Assembly: GCA_045628045.1 (NCBI GenBank)
Contig: JAZQOV010000008.1
Coordinates: forward strand, 1 to 32,807
Direction: 5' to 3'
Length of the DNA stretch: 32,807 nt
DNA from: Bacilli bacterium
GTDB taxonomy: Bacteria; Bacillota_I; Bacilli_A; RFN20; CAG-826
The notes under the pieces were generated by a model that was given only the letters and a program-made list of their open reading frames with translations, had not been told where the DNA came from and did not search any database. The position numbers and the translations under genes were made by a program. This document shows, piece after piece, positions 7,911 through 17,454 of the stretch; the stretch's first letter is position 1; every line of letters starts with the position of its first letter.

Positions 7911-10742
7911 ATGGAAAATAAAAAGATTGTAATTAAAGGTGCAAGAGAGAATAACCTTAAGAATATTGATTTAGAAATCCCTAAGTATTCTTTAACCGTT
8001 TTTACTGGACTTTCTGGCTCAGGAAAAACTACTTTAGCATTCGATACAATTTTTAATGAAGGTCAAAGGAGATTCGTTGAATCTCTCTCTAGCTATGCTA
8101 GACAATTCCTTGGTGGAATGGAAAAACCAGATGTTGATTCAATTGAAGGATTAAGTCCTGCAATTTCAATCGACCAAAAAACAACATCTCATAACCCAAG
8201 ATCAACTGTAGGCACTGTTACAGAGATTTATGATTACCTTCGTCTTTTGTTTGCGCGCGTTGGCGTACCTTATTGTCCAGAACACAACCAACCAATTGTT
8301 GCATTTTCTGTCACAAAAATGGCAGATATTGCTTTGCAATATGAAGAAGGAACAAAACTTCAGATTCTTTCTCCTGTTGCTCATAATGAAAAAGGAACTC
8401 ATAAAGATTTACTCGCGAAAATTCTTTCATCAGGTTTTGAAAGAGTAAGAGTAGATGGAGTTTTAACAAGAATCCCTGAAGTTAATGATTTAGATAAGAA
8501 CAAACGTCATAACATCGACATTGTTGTCGATAGAATTATTGTAAAACCAGATCAAAGAAGCAGAATTGCAGAAGCAATCGAACTTGCTTGTGATTGGTCT
8601 AAAGGTTATTGTGTATTTTTAACGGAAAAAGAAGAAAGACTTTTCTCTCAACATCATAGTTGCCCAATTTGTGGTTTCTCAGTTCCAAAATTAGAACCAA
8701 GACTTTTCTCATTTAACGCACCTCTTGGATGCTGTCCAGATTGTAAAGGCGTTGGCGTTAAACGTGAAGTGGATATGGAAATTATGGTTCCAGATCCAGA
8801 GAAATCAATTAACCAAGGTGCGATAAGATGGTACAAAAACATAATCGGTTCTAAAAATATTGAATGGCAAGAATTTGCTTACTTATGTAAGCAGTATAAA
8901 ATTGACATGGATAAACCATGGAAAGATTTATCACAAAAAGAACGTGATATTTGTACTTATGGTTCAGACAAACCATTCAAATATGAGATTACTTCCGTAA
9001 ACGGAAACGTAATGCACAGAGAAGGATTTATTGAGGGAATTAAAACCCGTGTAGATAGACTTTATAACGAAACCGGATCAGAAATGATGAGAGGTTTCTA
9101 CGAGTTTTATATGAGAGACCATGAATGTTCAACATGTCATGGTGCTAGACTTTCACCTCAAGCTTTAGCAGTTAGAGTTGGTGGACTTAATATTTACGAA
9201 GTAACATGTCTCTCTATTGAGGATTTACTTAAATTTATTGATGAATTACCAAGTAAACTCACTGCAACGGAATACGAAATTGCGAAATTAATTATTAACG
9301 AAATTCATAACAGAGTTTCATTCCTTAATAACGTTGGTTTAGGTTATTTAACTTTAAGCAGAACCGCTATGACACTTTCTGGTGGTGAAGCTCAACGTAT
9401 TAGACTTGCTACGCAAATAGGTTCAAGACTTTCTGGAATTCTTTATGTTTTAGATGAGCCATCAATTGGTTTACATCAAAGAGATAACGCAAAATTAATT
9501 GCGACAATGAAAGACATGGTTTCCTTAGGAAACACTCTTATTGTTGTCGAACACGATGAAGAAACAATGCGTGCAGCAGATTTCATTGTTGATATTGGAC
9601 CAGGACCAGGCGTTCATGGTGGTGAAGTTGTTGTTGCCGGAACTCCTGAAAAAGTAATGAAATGTGAAAAATCAATTACTGGTCGTTATTTAGCAGGCAC
9701 CGAAAAGATTGAAGTTCCAACTTCTCGTAGAGAAGGAAACGGAAAAACTTTAGTTATTAAAGGCGCAGAACAAAACAACTTAAAGAAAATTAATGTAACA
9801 TTACCTTTAGGCAAATTTATTGCTGTTACTGGTGTTTCAGGTTCTGGTAAGTCGTCTCTTATTAACCAAACACTTTATCCAGCATTAAAGAAAGTTATTG
9901 ATGGAACTGAAGACATTACCATAGGTAAATATAAAGAAATTATTGGTTTAGAGAATATTGATAAGGTTGTTAATATTACTCAAGAACCAATTGGACGTAC
10001 ACCAAGAAGTAACCCAGCAACATATGTTGGAGTTTTCGATGATATTCGTGCCTTGTTTGCAGAAACTGTAGACGCTAGAGCAAAAGGCTTTGATAAAGGC
10101 AGATTCTCATTTAACGTTCCTGGTGGACGTTGTGAAAACTGCCAAGGCGCAGGCGTGACACGCATTCCGATGAACTTCTTACCAGATGTTTACGTTAAAT
10201 GTGATGAATGTGGTGGACGTCGTTATAACGAAGAAACCTTAGAAGTTACCTATAAAGGTAAGAATATTTATGAAGTACTCGAAATGACGATTGAAGATGC
10301 TTGTAAATTCTTTGAAAATCGTCCAAAAATCCTTCATAAACTAGAAGTTTTGCGTGATGTTGGACTTGGTTATATTAAACTTGGTCAACAAGCTACGACA
10401 TTATCAGGTGGTGAAGCTCAAAGAGTTAAACTTGCAGATGAACTTCAAAAACGTCCAACCGGAAAATCATTATTTATTTTGGACGAACCTACAACCGGAT
10501 TACATACAGATGATGTTAAACGATTAATCGCTGTTTTAAATAGAATCGTTGATCACGGAGATACAGTTTTAGTTATTGAACATAACTTAGATGTAATAAA
10601 AGTCGCTGATCACATTATAGATTTGGGACCTGAAGGTGGTAATGGTGGTGGAACAATCGTTGCAACCGGAACACCTGAAGAAGTCGCTAAAAACGAAAAA
10701 TCATTCACAGGACAATACCTTGGAGGTATTTTAGGTAAATAA
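7911..10742 (+). CDS. uvrA: Excinuclease ABC subunit A
   Basis: 943 aa; GARENNLKNI, two Walker A motifs (GLSGSGKT, GVSGSGKS), two LSGGEAQR signatures, Cys zinc fingers. Confidence 0.98.
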   Translation: MENKKIVIKGARENNLKNIDLEIPKYSLTVFTGLSGSGKTTLAFDTIFNEGQRRFVESLSSYARQFLGGMEKPDVDSIEGLSPAISIDQKTTSHNPRSTVGTVTEIYDYLRLLFARVGVPYCPEHNQPIVAFSVTKMADIALQYEEGTKLQILSPVAHNEKGTHKDLLAKILSSGFERVRVDGVLTRIPEVNDLDKNKRHNIDIVVDRIIVKPDQRSRIAEAIELACDWSKGYCVFLTEKEERLFSQHHSCPICGFSVPKLEPRLFSFNAPLGCCPDCKGVGVKREVDMEIMVPDPEKSINQGAIRWYKNIIGSKNIEWQEFAYLCKQYKIDMDKPWKDLSQKERDICTYGSDKPFKYEITSVNGNVMHREGFIEGIKTRVDRLYNETGSEMMRGFYEFYMRDHECSTCHGARLSPQALAVRVGGLNIYEVTCLSIEDLLKFIDELPSKLTATEYEIAKLIINEIHNRVSFLNNVGLGYLTLSRTAMTLSGGEAQRIRLATQIGSRLSGILYVLDEPSIGLHQRDNAKLIATMKDMVSLGNTLIVVEHDEETMRAADFIVDIGPGPGVHGGEVVVAGTPEKVMKCEKSITGRYLAGTEKIEVPTSRREGNGKTLVIKGAEQNNLKKINVTLPLGKFIAVTGVSGSGKSSLINQTLYPALKKVIDGTEDITIGKYKEIIGLENIDKVVNITQEPIGRTPRSNPATYVGVFDDIRALFAETVDARAKGFDKGRFSFNVPGGRCENCQGAGVTRIPMNFLPDVYVKCDECGGRRYNEETLEVTYKGKNIYEVLEMTIEDACKFFENRPKILHKLEVLRDVGLGYIKLGQQATTLSGGEAQRVKLADELQKRPTGKSLFILDEPTTGLHTDDVKRLIAVLNRIVDHGDTVLVIEHNLDVIKVADHIIDLGPEGGNGGGTIVATGTPEEVAKNEKSFTGQYLGGILGK

Positions 10743-10743
10743 T

Positions 10744-12066
10744 ATGAATATTTTAGCTCTAATTTGTTTGGTTTTAGCTCTTGTAGCATTTGCATTCTTT
10801 ATTTTTAAAGCAATCAAAGTTAGCAAAGTTCATACTCCTGGAAAATATAAAATTGAAGGAAAAGAAAGAATCCTATTCATAGGATTAGATATTTTAACAT
10901 CTGTCTTGTTAATGCTCGCTGCATTATTTAATGCAATGCGTAGATTCGCATTATCAGGTGGAGAAACTGTTGAGGTTATTTTTGGAGCATTAATTTTTGC
11001 TTTTGCTTTAACTTCAGGATTAGGTGCTTTTATCCTTTTTTATTGGAAGGTTGATTTAGACGAAAAACAAAGGAAGATTTGTCAATTTGTTTGGCCTATT
11101 GGACTTGCTGTTACAATTCTTTCATTGTGGTTATACACCGAAGGTGTAGCATTACATCTTGCTTATCCTTTAATCAATAGAATTGATTTTAAATTTGGTT
11201 TAACTAGCCCATTAAATGAAACATCTCCAATTGGAATCCAATTTTATGGACTTTTAATTATCACCGGAGCTTTATTTTGCTACGCATACACAGATCATAA
11301 AACATACCAAAAATTCGGTAAACACGGATTAATTGATACGCTTTTCGTAATTGCATTCCTCGCAGGTATCGTAGGCGCAAGGCTTTGGAGCTGCTATGGA
11401 TTAAATGCAGAAATGAGAGAATATTTCGTTCAAAATCCACAAGCAGTAATTACTGAAATTGGCCAAGGTGGTCTTGCTATTCAAGGCGGCTTAGTTTTAG
11501 GCATTGTTGTTGGTGTAGCCTATGTTTTGATTTTTAGAAAATACATTGATGTTAGATTTTTAATGGATGTTGCTATTCCAACAATTCTTATTGCTCAAGT
11601 TTTAGGACGTTGGGGCAACTTCTTCAATTGTGAAGTCCATGGTGAAATGGTTCTTGCAAGTAACTACAAATGGCTTCCAACAATCGTTCGTGAAAATTTA
11701 ACATTTTCCAGTGATCTTGGCTTTGCACAACCAGGTTATATTTGGCAACCTCTCTATATGATAGAGGGTCTTGTAAACTTAGCAGGTTATTTCTTTATTA
11801 GATATTTCCTTGGCAAAGTTTGCAAATTTGGAATTGGAAGAGGCTATCAAGGGGCAGCATATGTTTCATTCTATGGACTTGTTCGTGTGCTTCTAGAAAA
11901 CCTTAGATCAGAAAGATTCCGCAATAAAAATTCATATATTTTTGGATTTGTGATGCTTGGCGCAGGTGTTATTTTATTCTTCGTCTTGTTCGCTATCCAC
12001 AAAATTAGAATGTCAAAAGGACTCGAAGACAAAAACGGTGACAAAATAAAACATGCAACAAACTGA
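10744..12066 (+). CDS. lgt: Prolipoprotein diacylglyceryl transferase with extra N-terminal membrane domain
   Basis: FYGL, GIVGARL, GGLAIQGG, LGRWGNFFNCE signature, YGLVRVLLENLR. About 150 extra N-terminal residues with about 4 hydrophobic helices. Confidence 0.9.
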   Translation: MNILALICLVLALVAFAFFIFKAIKVSKVHTPGKYKIEGKERILFIGLDILTSVLLMLAALFNAMRRFALSGGETVEVIFGALIFAFALTSGLGAFILFYWKVDLDEKQRKICQFVWPIGLAVTILSLWLYTEGVALHLAYPLINRIDFKFGLTSPLNETSPIGIQFYGLLIITGALFCYAYTDHKTYQKFGKHGLIDTLFVIAFLAGIVGARLWSCYGLNAEMREYFVQNPQAVITEIGQGGLAIQGGLVLGIVVGVAYVLIFRKYIDVRFLMDVAIPTILIAQVLGRWGNFFNCEVHGEMVLASNYKWLPTIVRENLTFSSDLGFAQPGYIWQPLYMIEGLVNLAGYFFIRYFLGKVCKFGIGRGYQGAAYVSFYGLVRVLLENLRSERFRNKNSYIFGFVMLGAGVILFFVLFAIHKIRMSKGLEDKNGDKIKHATN

Positions 12067-12964
12067 TATTGTAATTATTGGATCTGGAATGGCGGGCATT
12101 AGTGCTGCGATTTATCTTAAGCGCGCAAATGCAAATTTTGTGCTTTTGGAAGGTAATTTAGCGGGCGGAATGCTAAATCAACTTAAAAAAGTCGACAATT
12201 TTCCAGGATTTAAAGAAGCTACTGGCAGTGATATTTTAATATCACTAATGGATCAACTTCGATTCAATAATATTCAAATTACCTATGGTAATGTTCAAAC
12301 GATTCTTAAAGAAGAAGATGGCTTTGAGGTTGTCACTGATGTTGATTCTTATGAAGCCAAAGCGGTTATTGTTGCAACTGGAATAAGTAACATCTCTAAA
12401 ACAATTCCTGGAGAAGAAAAATACGCCGGATTAGGTGTTTCTTATTGCGCAACATGTGATGGTAATTTCTTTAAGGGCGCTGATATTGCGGTTGTTGGGA
12501 ACAACAACATTTGCCTTGAAGAAGCTCTTTATTTATCAAATTTAGCGAACAAAATTTATTTTGTGTGCCCTGATGATGAATTACAGGGTGATCTTAAGTT
12601 AGTTAATGGAATTAAAGGCGCACAAAACATCGAATTTCTTTATTCAAAAGAAGTACAAGAAATTATTGGCGATGATTTTGGGGTTACGGGAATTAAAATT
12701 AATGACGAAGTCATTAATGTTTCAGGAATATTCCCGTATGTTGGGAAAAAATCCACTTCTCAGATTTTAAATAATTTAAAACCTGAAAAAGAAGGGATTT
12801 TTGTGAAAGTAAATGAAGAAAGAGCGACAAACATCAAAGGGTTATTTGTCGCTGGAGATATTGTTTCTAAAAAATTAAGACAACTTGTTACTGCTGCTGG
12901 TGATGGAGCGTGTGCTGCAACTAGCGCAGATAACTATGTTAAACTTTTGGAGGGAAAGAAATGA
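12053..12964 (+). CDS. trxB: Flavin thioredoxin reductase (TrxB family); NADPH-binding motifs degenerate
   Basis: FAD motif IIGSGMAG, IVATG, redox-active GVSYCATCDG, FVAGD, RQLVTAAGDG. Conserved position between lgt and rapZ. Confidence 0.88.
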   Translation: MQQTDIVIIGSGMAGISAAIYLKRANANFVLLEGNLAGGMLNQLKKVDNFPGFKEATGSDILISLMDQLRFNNIQITYGNVQTILKEEDGFEVVTDVDSYEAKAVIVATGISNISKTIPGEEKYAGLGVSYCATCDGNFFKGADIAVVGNNNICLEEALYLSNLANKIYFVCPDDELQGDLKLVNGIKGAQNIEFLYSKEVQEIIGDDFGVTGIKINDEVINVSGIFPYVGKKSTSQILNNLKPEKEGIFVKVNEERATNIKGLFVAGDIVSKKLRQLVTAAGDGACAATSADNYVKLLEGKK

Positions 12965-13797
12965 TTAGTTTAGTTATTGTTACCGGAGTTTATGGAGCAG
13001 GTAAAACACTTGCTGCTCAAACATTCGAAGAAGCAGGATTTTATGTTACAGATAACATCCCACTTTCAGTAGTGGATTCTTATTTAAACGAAATTGAGAA
13101 AGATCCAATTCATTATGCAAAGGTTGCACTTACAGTTGATCATGAAATTGCACTCCAAACATATGAACTTGCAAAGAAACACAAAACAATTACAACCAAG
13201 TTTGTTGGACTTACTTGTGATGCTGCAACGCTCAATGAGCGTTATAGACTCTCAAGAAAGATGCATCCAAAGCAACCTAAAGGAATTTCTTTAGAAAAAG
13301 CTATTGAAAACGACATTACCGAAGTTAGAAAAATGCGTGACTATTTCGATGTTTTTATCGATAGTTCAAAACTTCAAAAGAATGAATTTAGAAGTATGAT
13401 TTTTGATGCAGTTATTGGATCAAAGAAGAAGTTTGCGGTTTCGTTCTTCTCATTCGGATACAAAATTTCAGTTCCACAAGATATTGAAACTGTTTTCGAT
13501 GTTCGTTTACTTCCAAATCCATTCTGGGTTCCAGAATTAAAACACAAAACCGGTTTAGATCAAGAAGTAAAGGACTTTGTCCTTAATGCTCCAGAAACAA
13601 AAGAATATTTAAAACAAGTAATCAAATATCTTGATTTCTATTTTGCAGAGCTTGTTAAGAATGAAAGACACCATGCATCAATTGGTATTGCTTGCTCTGG
13701 TGGTCAACATAGATCTGTTTGTATTGCTGAATATTTAGCAAAGCATTATGCGAAAAAATATACAGTAACTGTTTCTCACAAGGACCTTCCTAGATAA
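12961..13797 (+). CDS. rapZ: RNase adapter RapZ/YvcJ-family P-loop protein
   Basis: TGVYGAGKT, DNIP, SFGYK, FDVRLLPNPFW, IACSGGQHRSV. Confidence 0.93.
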   Translation: MISLVIVTGVYGAGKTLAAQTFEEAGFYVTDNIPLSVVDSYLNEIEKDPIHYAKVALTVDHEIALQTYELAKKHKTITTKFVGLTCDAATLNERYRLSRKMHPKQPKGISLEKAIENDITEVRKMRDYFDVFIDSSKLQKNEFRSMIFDAVIGSKKKFAVSFFSFGYKISVPQDIETVFDVRLLPNPFWVPELKHKTGLDQEVKDFVLNAPETKEYLKQVIKYLDFYFAELVKNERHHASIGIACSGGQHRSVCIAEYLAKHYAKKYTVTVSHKDLPR

Positions 13798-13799
13798 AG

Positions 13800-14756
13800 A
13801 TGCAAGCAAAGGTTTCATTTACTCAAAAAGTTAAAGAAGAGCTTTGCTCTGTTCCTTTTAGTGATGAACACCTAAGAGCTTTTTTGGCTGCCTTTATTAA
13901 AGTAAATGGACATTTAAAATTTAGTGGCGATAAATCTACCATTGTTTGCAAAACAGAAAATGCAAAAATAGCAAAGTTTATTTATAAATCCATCGATAGA
14001 ATTTATGGAATAACACCTCGTTTTTCATATTCTAAAGAGATGAATTTTAAGAAAAGAGTCACTTATTCAGTCATTATTGACGAAGGTGATTATATTATTG
14101 GAGACCTAGAAATTTCATTTCTTGAAGGTAAAATTTCCAAAAATATTGTTTGTAATGATGATATGATTTCAGGTTATGTTTCGGGAGCCTTTTTAGCCAG
14201 TGGCTCAGTAAACTCTCCAAAGAATTCAAATTATCACCTTGAAGTTTCACTTAATGATGAATCATTCGCAAAATGGTTCTCAAAATTACTTTTAAAATAT
14301 AAAGGAACCGAATTTACTCCTAAGATTGTTAAACGTAGAAACAACTATGTTGTTTATATTAAAAAAGCTCAACAAGTTGCTGACTTTTTATCAGTTATCG
14401 GCTGTGTAGATAAAACCTTAGAATTCGAGAATATTCGTATTGATAGGGAGTTCTCAAGTATCGGAAATAGACTCCAAAATCTTGATTCCGCGAACTATGA
14501 AAAGACAACTTTAGCTGCTAAAAACCAAATAAAAGATATCGAAATTATTGACAAGGTTTTAGGCATCAAAAATGTTCAAAATAAAAAGCAACAATTGCTC
14601 ATGAAATTGCGCCTTGAACATGATGATTTAACTCTTGTAGAGTTATCTCAAGAAATGACAAAGGAATTAGGTGAAGAAATTTCTAAGTCAAATATCAATC
14701 ACTTATTTAGAGCGATTCATGTCATGGCCGAGCGCTACAAAGAGGCTAAAAAATAA
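13800..14756 (+). CDS. whiA: DNA-binding protein WhiA
   Basis: SFTQKVKEEL, GAFLASGSVNSP...YHLE, NRLQNLDSANYEKT, C-terminal HTH (SKSNINH). Confidence 0.93.
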   Translation: MQAKVSFTQKVKEELCSVPFSDEHLRAFLAAFIKVNGHLKFSGDKSTIVCKTENAKIAKFIYKSIDRIYGITPRFSYSKEMNFKKRVTYSVIIDEGDYIIGDLEISFLEGKISKNIVCNDDMISGYVSGAFLASGSVNSPKNSNYHLEVSLNDESFAKWFSKLLLKYKGTEFTPKIVKRRNNYVVYIKKAQQVADFLSVIGCVDKTLEFENIRIDREFSSIGNRLQNLDSANYEKTTLAAKNQIKDIEIIDKVLGIKNVQNKKQQLLMKLRLEHDDLTLVELSQEMTKELGEEISKSNINHLFRAIHVMAERYKEAKK

Positions 14757-14983
14757 TGAAAGCACAAGAACAACTTGGCATGAGAATTAGATTTTTAAGA
14801 AAACAAAGACATTGGTCTCAAGAAGATTTAGCTTTAAATGCTGAAATTAATAAAAATTATTTGTGCGATTTAGAGAAAGGAAGGAGAAATCCTTCACTTG
14901 AAATTTTAGAGAAAATAGCAATTGCTTTTTCGATTTCTTTGGAAGAATTATTCCGTGGAATCGAGTCTATTCCAGGTATTTAA
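14756..14983 (+). CDS. XRE/Cro-CI family HTH transcriptional regulator
   Basis: 75 aa; [16 protein letters not shown]...[26 protein letters not shown] overlap with whiA. Confidence 0.9.
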   Translation: MKAQEQLGMRIRFLRKQRHWSQEDLALNAEINKNYLCDLEKGRRNPSLEILEKIAIAFSISLEELFRGIESIPGI

Positions 14984-15013
14984 AAACTCGCTTAGCGAAA
15001 TTACAAATAATAA

Positions 15014-15027
15014 GGAAAACGCTTTCA
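15014..15027. promoter_or_regulatory. cre-like operator upstream of gap
   Basis: GGAAAACGCTTTCA has one mismatch to TGWNANCGNTNWCA and the same distance to -10 as the nifJ site. Confidence 0.55.
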
Positions 15028-15052
15028 TTGAGAAAAGTGTTTTTTTCTTTTT
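15016..15052 (+). terminator. Probable terminator of the uvrA-XRE operon
   Basis: AAAACGCTTT...AAAGTGTTTT stem (one G-U) followed by a T-rich tract. Confidence 0.6.
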
Positions 15053-15062
15053 ACTTTATTAT

Positions 15063-15091
15063 TATAATAAACGCGGCAATTAAAAAGGAGG
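15063..15091 (+). promoter_or_regulatory. gap -10 box and ribosome-binding site
   Basis: TATAAT at 15063-15068, the -35 position is only TTTTTT; AAGGAGG before ATG 15100. Confidence 0.65.
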
Positions 15092-15099
15092 ACATATAT

Positions 15100-16173
15100 A
15101 TGTCAGTTAAAGTTGCAATTAACGGCTTCGGTAGAATTGGCCGTTTAGCATTCAGACAAATGTTTGGTGCAAAAGGTTATGAAATCGTCGCTATTAACGA
15201 TCTTACCTCACCAAAGATGCTTGCTAACCTTTTAAAATATGACTCAGCTCAAGGTGGTTATGCAGGACATATCGGTGAAGGATTACACACTGTTTCAAGT
15301 AAAGAACCAGTCTTAGCAGAAGACGGCAAAACAGTTGTTACCCCAGGTTCAATCACTGTTGATGGAAAAGAAATTACCATCTACGCAAAGGCAAACGCAG
15401 CAGAACTCCCATGGGGAGAACTCAAAGTCGATGTTGTCTTAGAATGTACTGGATTCTATACATCAAAAGAAAAAGCAATGGCTCACATTAATGCAGGTGC
15501 ACGTAAAGTTGTTATTTCAGCTCCAGCAGGAAAAGATTTACCAACCATTGTTTACAATGTTAACCATGAAAGCCTTACAAAGAATGACAATGTCATCTCA
15601 GCAGCTTCATGTACAACAAACTGCTTAGCACCAATGGCTAAAGCTCTTAATGATTTAGCTCCAATTCAATCTGGTATCATGAGCACAATTCACGCTTACA
15701 CAGGCGATCAAATGCTTCTTGATGGACCACACAGAAAAGGTGATTTACGTAGAGCAAGAGCTGGTGCAGCAAACATTGTTCCAAACAGCACTGGCGCAGC
15801 AAAAGCTATTGGTTTAGTTATTCCAGAATTAAATGGAAAACTCATTGGTTCAGCACAACGTGTTCCAGTAACAACTGGTTCAACAACCATTCTTACAGCA
15901 GTTGTTAAATATAATGGAGAATTAACTCCAGAAATTATCAATGCTGCAATGAAAGCTGCAAGCAATGAATCATATGGTTACAACGAAGATCAAATCGTTT
16001 CAAGCGATGTTATCGGTATGAGATTTGGTTCATTATTCGATGCAACACAAACCATGGTTTTAAAACTCAGTGAAGGTTTATTCGAAGTCCAAGTCGTTTC
16101 TTGGTACGATAACGAAAACTCATATACTTCACAAATGGTTCGTACAATTAAGTACTTTTCAGAAAAGTGCTAA
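15100..16173 (+). CDS. gap: Type I glyceraldehyde-3-phosphate dehydrogenase
   Basis: INGFGRIGR, catalytic ASCTTNC, SWYDNE. Start at ATG 15100 after a strong SD. Confidence 0.98.
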   Translation: MSVKVAINGFGRIGRLAFRQMFGAKGYEIVAINDLTSPKMLANLLKYDSAQGGYAGHIGEGLHTVSSKEPVLAEDGKTVVTPGSITVDGKEITIYAKANAAELPWGELKVDVVLECTGFYTSKEKAMAHINAGARKVVISAPAGKDLPTIVYNVNHESLTKNDNVISAASCTTNCLAPMAKALNDLAPIQSGIMSTIHAYTGDQMLLDGPHRKGDLRRARAGAANIVPNSTGAAKAIGLVIPELNGKLIGSAQRVPVTTGSTTILTAVVKYNGELTPEIINAAMKAASNESYGYNEDQIVSSDVIGMRFGSLFDATQTMVLKLSEGLFEVQVVSWYDNENSYTSQMVRTIKYFSEKC

Positions 16174-16190
16174 TTGCACCCAATAATAAT

Positions 16191-16214
16191 AGAGGCTTAT
16201 TTATAAGCCTCTTT
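16191..16214 (+). terminator. Intra-operon stem-loop after gap (partial terminator or mRNA stabiliser)
   Basis: AGAGGCTTA-TTTA-TAAGCCTCT with only a short U tail. Confidence 0.6.
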
Positions 16215-16234
16215 ATCCTAAAAAGGAGAATAAA

Positions 16235-17446
16235 ATGTTAACAGTTAATGATTTAAAAGATATTAAGGGCAAAGTTGTTATTGTCCGTGTTGACTTCAAC
16301 GTCCCACTAAAAGACGGTAAGGTTCGTGATGACAATAGAGTTAGAGCTGCTCTTCCAACTATTCAAAAGTTGATTAAAGAAAAGGCTAAAGTTGTTTTAC
16401 TTTCTCACCTTGGAAAAGTTAAACATAAAGAAGCTCCAGAAGTTGTCGCTGAACAAAAAGCAAAGAATAACTTAGAAGTTGTCGCTCCTGTTTTAAGCAA
16501 ATTACTTGGCAAAAAAGTCGCTTTCTCTAAAGAGACTTGTGGCGAAGAATTTGAAAAAGCAGTCGCCTCTTTAAAGGCTGGTCAAGTTTTACTTGTTCAA
16601 AATACTCGTTATGAAAAAGGCGAAGAAAAGAACGATCCAGAACTTGCTGCAAGTTGGGCAAAAGTTGCTGATGCATACGTTATGGATGCATTTGGTAGTG
16701 CTCATAGAGCACATGCTTCAACTTATGGCATTCCAGAAATCTTAAAGAAGGAAGGCAAACAAGTTGCTTGTGGTTATCTTGTTGAAAAGGAAATCGCAAA
16801 CTTAACTAGATGCGTTGATGTTAAGAAAGAAGATCGTCCATACATTGCAATCCTTGGTGGATTAAAAGTTTCTGACAAGATTAAAGTTATTGATTCACTT
16901 CTTAAGAAGTGTGACAAGATTTTAATCGGTGGTGCTATGGCTTATACATTCAAAAAAGCTTTAGGCGCTGAAACCGGAGATTCTCCAGTTGAAGATGAAC
17001 AACTTGAATATGCTCGTAATTGCATTAAAGAAGCTAAGGGCAAAATTGTTTTACCAGTAGACGCTGTTGTAACTGATGGTTTTGAAGGCTGGTCAGTTAA
17101 AATGGTCGTTGGCGAAAACGTTCCAGTAGGAATGCAAGGAATGGATATTGGTCCTGAAACTGAAAAACTTTTTGCAAAGCAAATTGCTAAGGCAAAGATG
17201 ATTTTCTGGAATGGTCCAATGGGCGTTTTTGAACAAAAAGAATTTGCAAGTGGAACAGTTGCTATTTGCAAAGCTGTTGCTAAATTAAATGGCGCATTCT
17301 CAGTTTGTGGTGGCGGAGATTCTGCTGCTGCAATTAAAGAATTCGGCTACAAAGATAGCTTCTCACATGTTTCAACAGGTGGTGGAGCATCACTTGAAAT
17401 GATCGAAAATGATGGACATCTTCCAGGTGTCGACATTCTCAAATAG
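16235..17446 (+). CDS. pgk: Phosphoglycerate kinase
   Basis: RVDFNVP, DAFGSAHRAHAS, WNGPMGVFE, GGGDS, HVSTGGGASLE. Confidence 0.98.
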   Translation: MLTVNDLKDIKGKVVIVRVDFNVPLKDGKVRDDNRVRAALPTIQKLIKEKAKVVLLSHLGKVKHKEAPEVVAEQKAKNNLEVVAPVLSKLLGKKVAFSKETCGEEFEKAVASLKAGQVLLVQNTRYEKGEEKNDPELAASWAKVADAYVMDAFGSAHRAHASTYGIPEILKKEGKQVACGYLVEKEIANLTRCVDVKKEDRPYIAILGGLKVSDKIKVIDSLLKKCDKILIGGAMAYTFKKALGAETGDSPVEDEQLEYARNCIKEAKGKIVLPVDAVVTDGFEGWSVKMVVGENVPVGMQGMDIGPETEKLFAKQIAKAKMIFWNGPMGVFEQKEFASGTVAICKAVAKLNGAFSVCGGGDSAAAIKEFGYKDSFSHVSTGGGASLEMIENDGHLPGVDILK

Positions 17447-17454
17447 GTGATATT

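Noticed and set aside
15028-15099. Longer N-termini from the ORF track for gap (also pepO 1140, 3638, oppA 19092, oppC 22586, oppD 24177)
   Set aside because: The upstream starts overlap promoters or preceding genes. Downstream ATGs have SD sites or match family N-termini.
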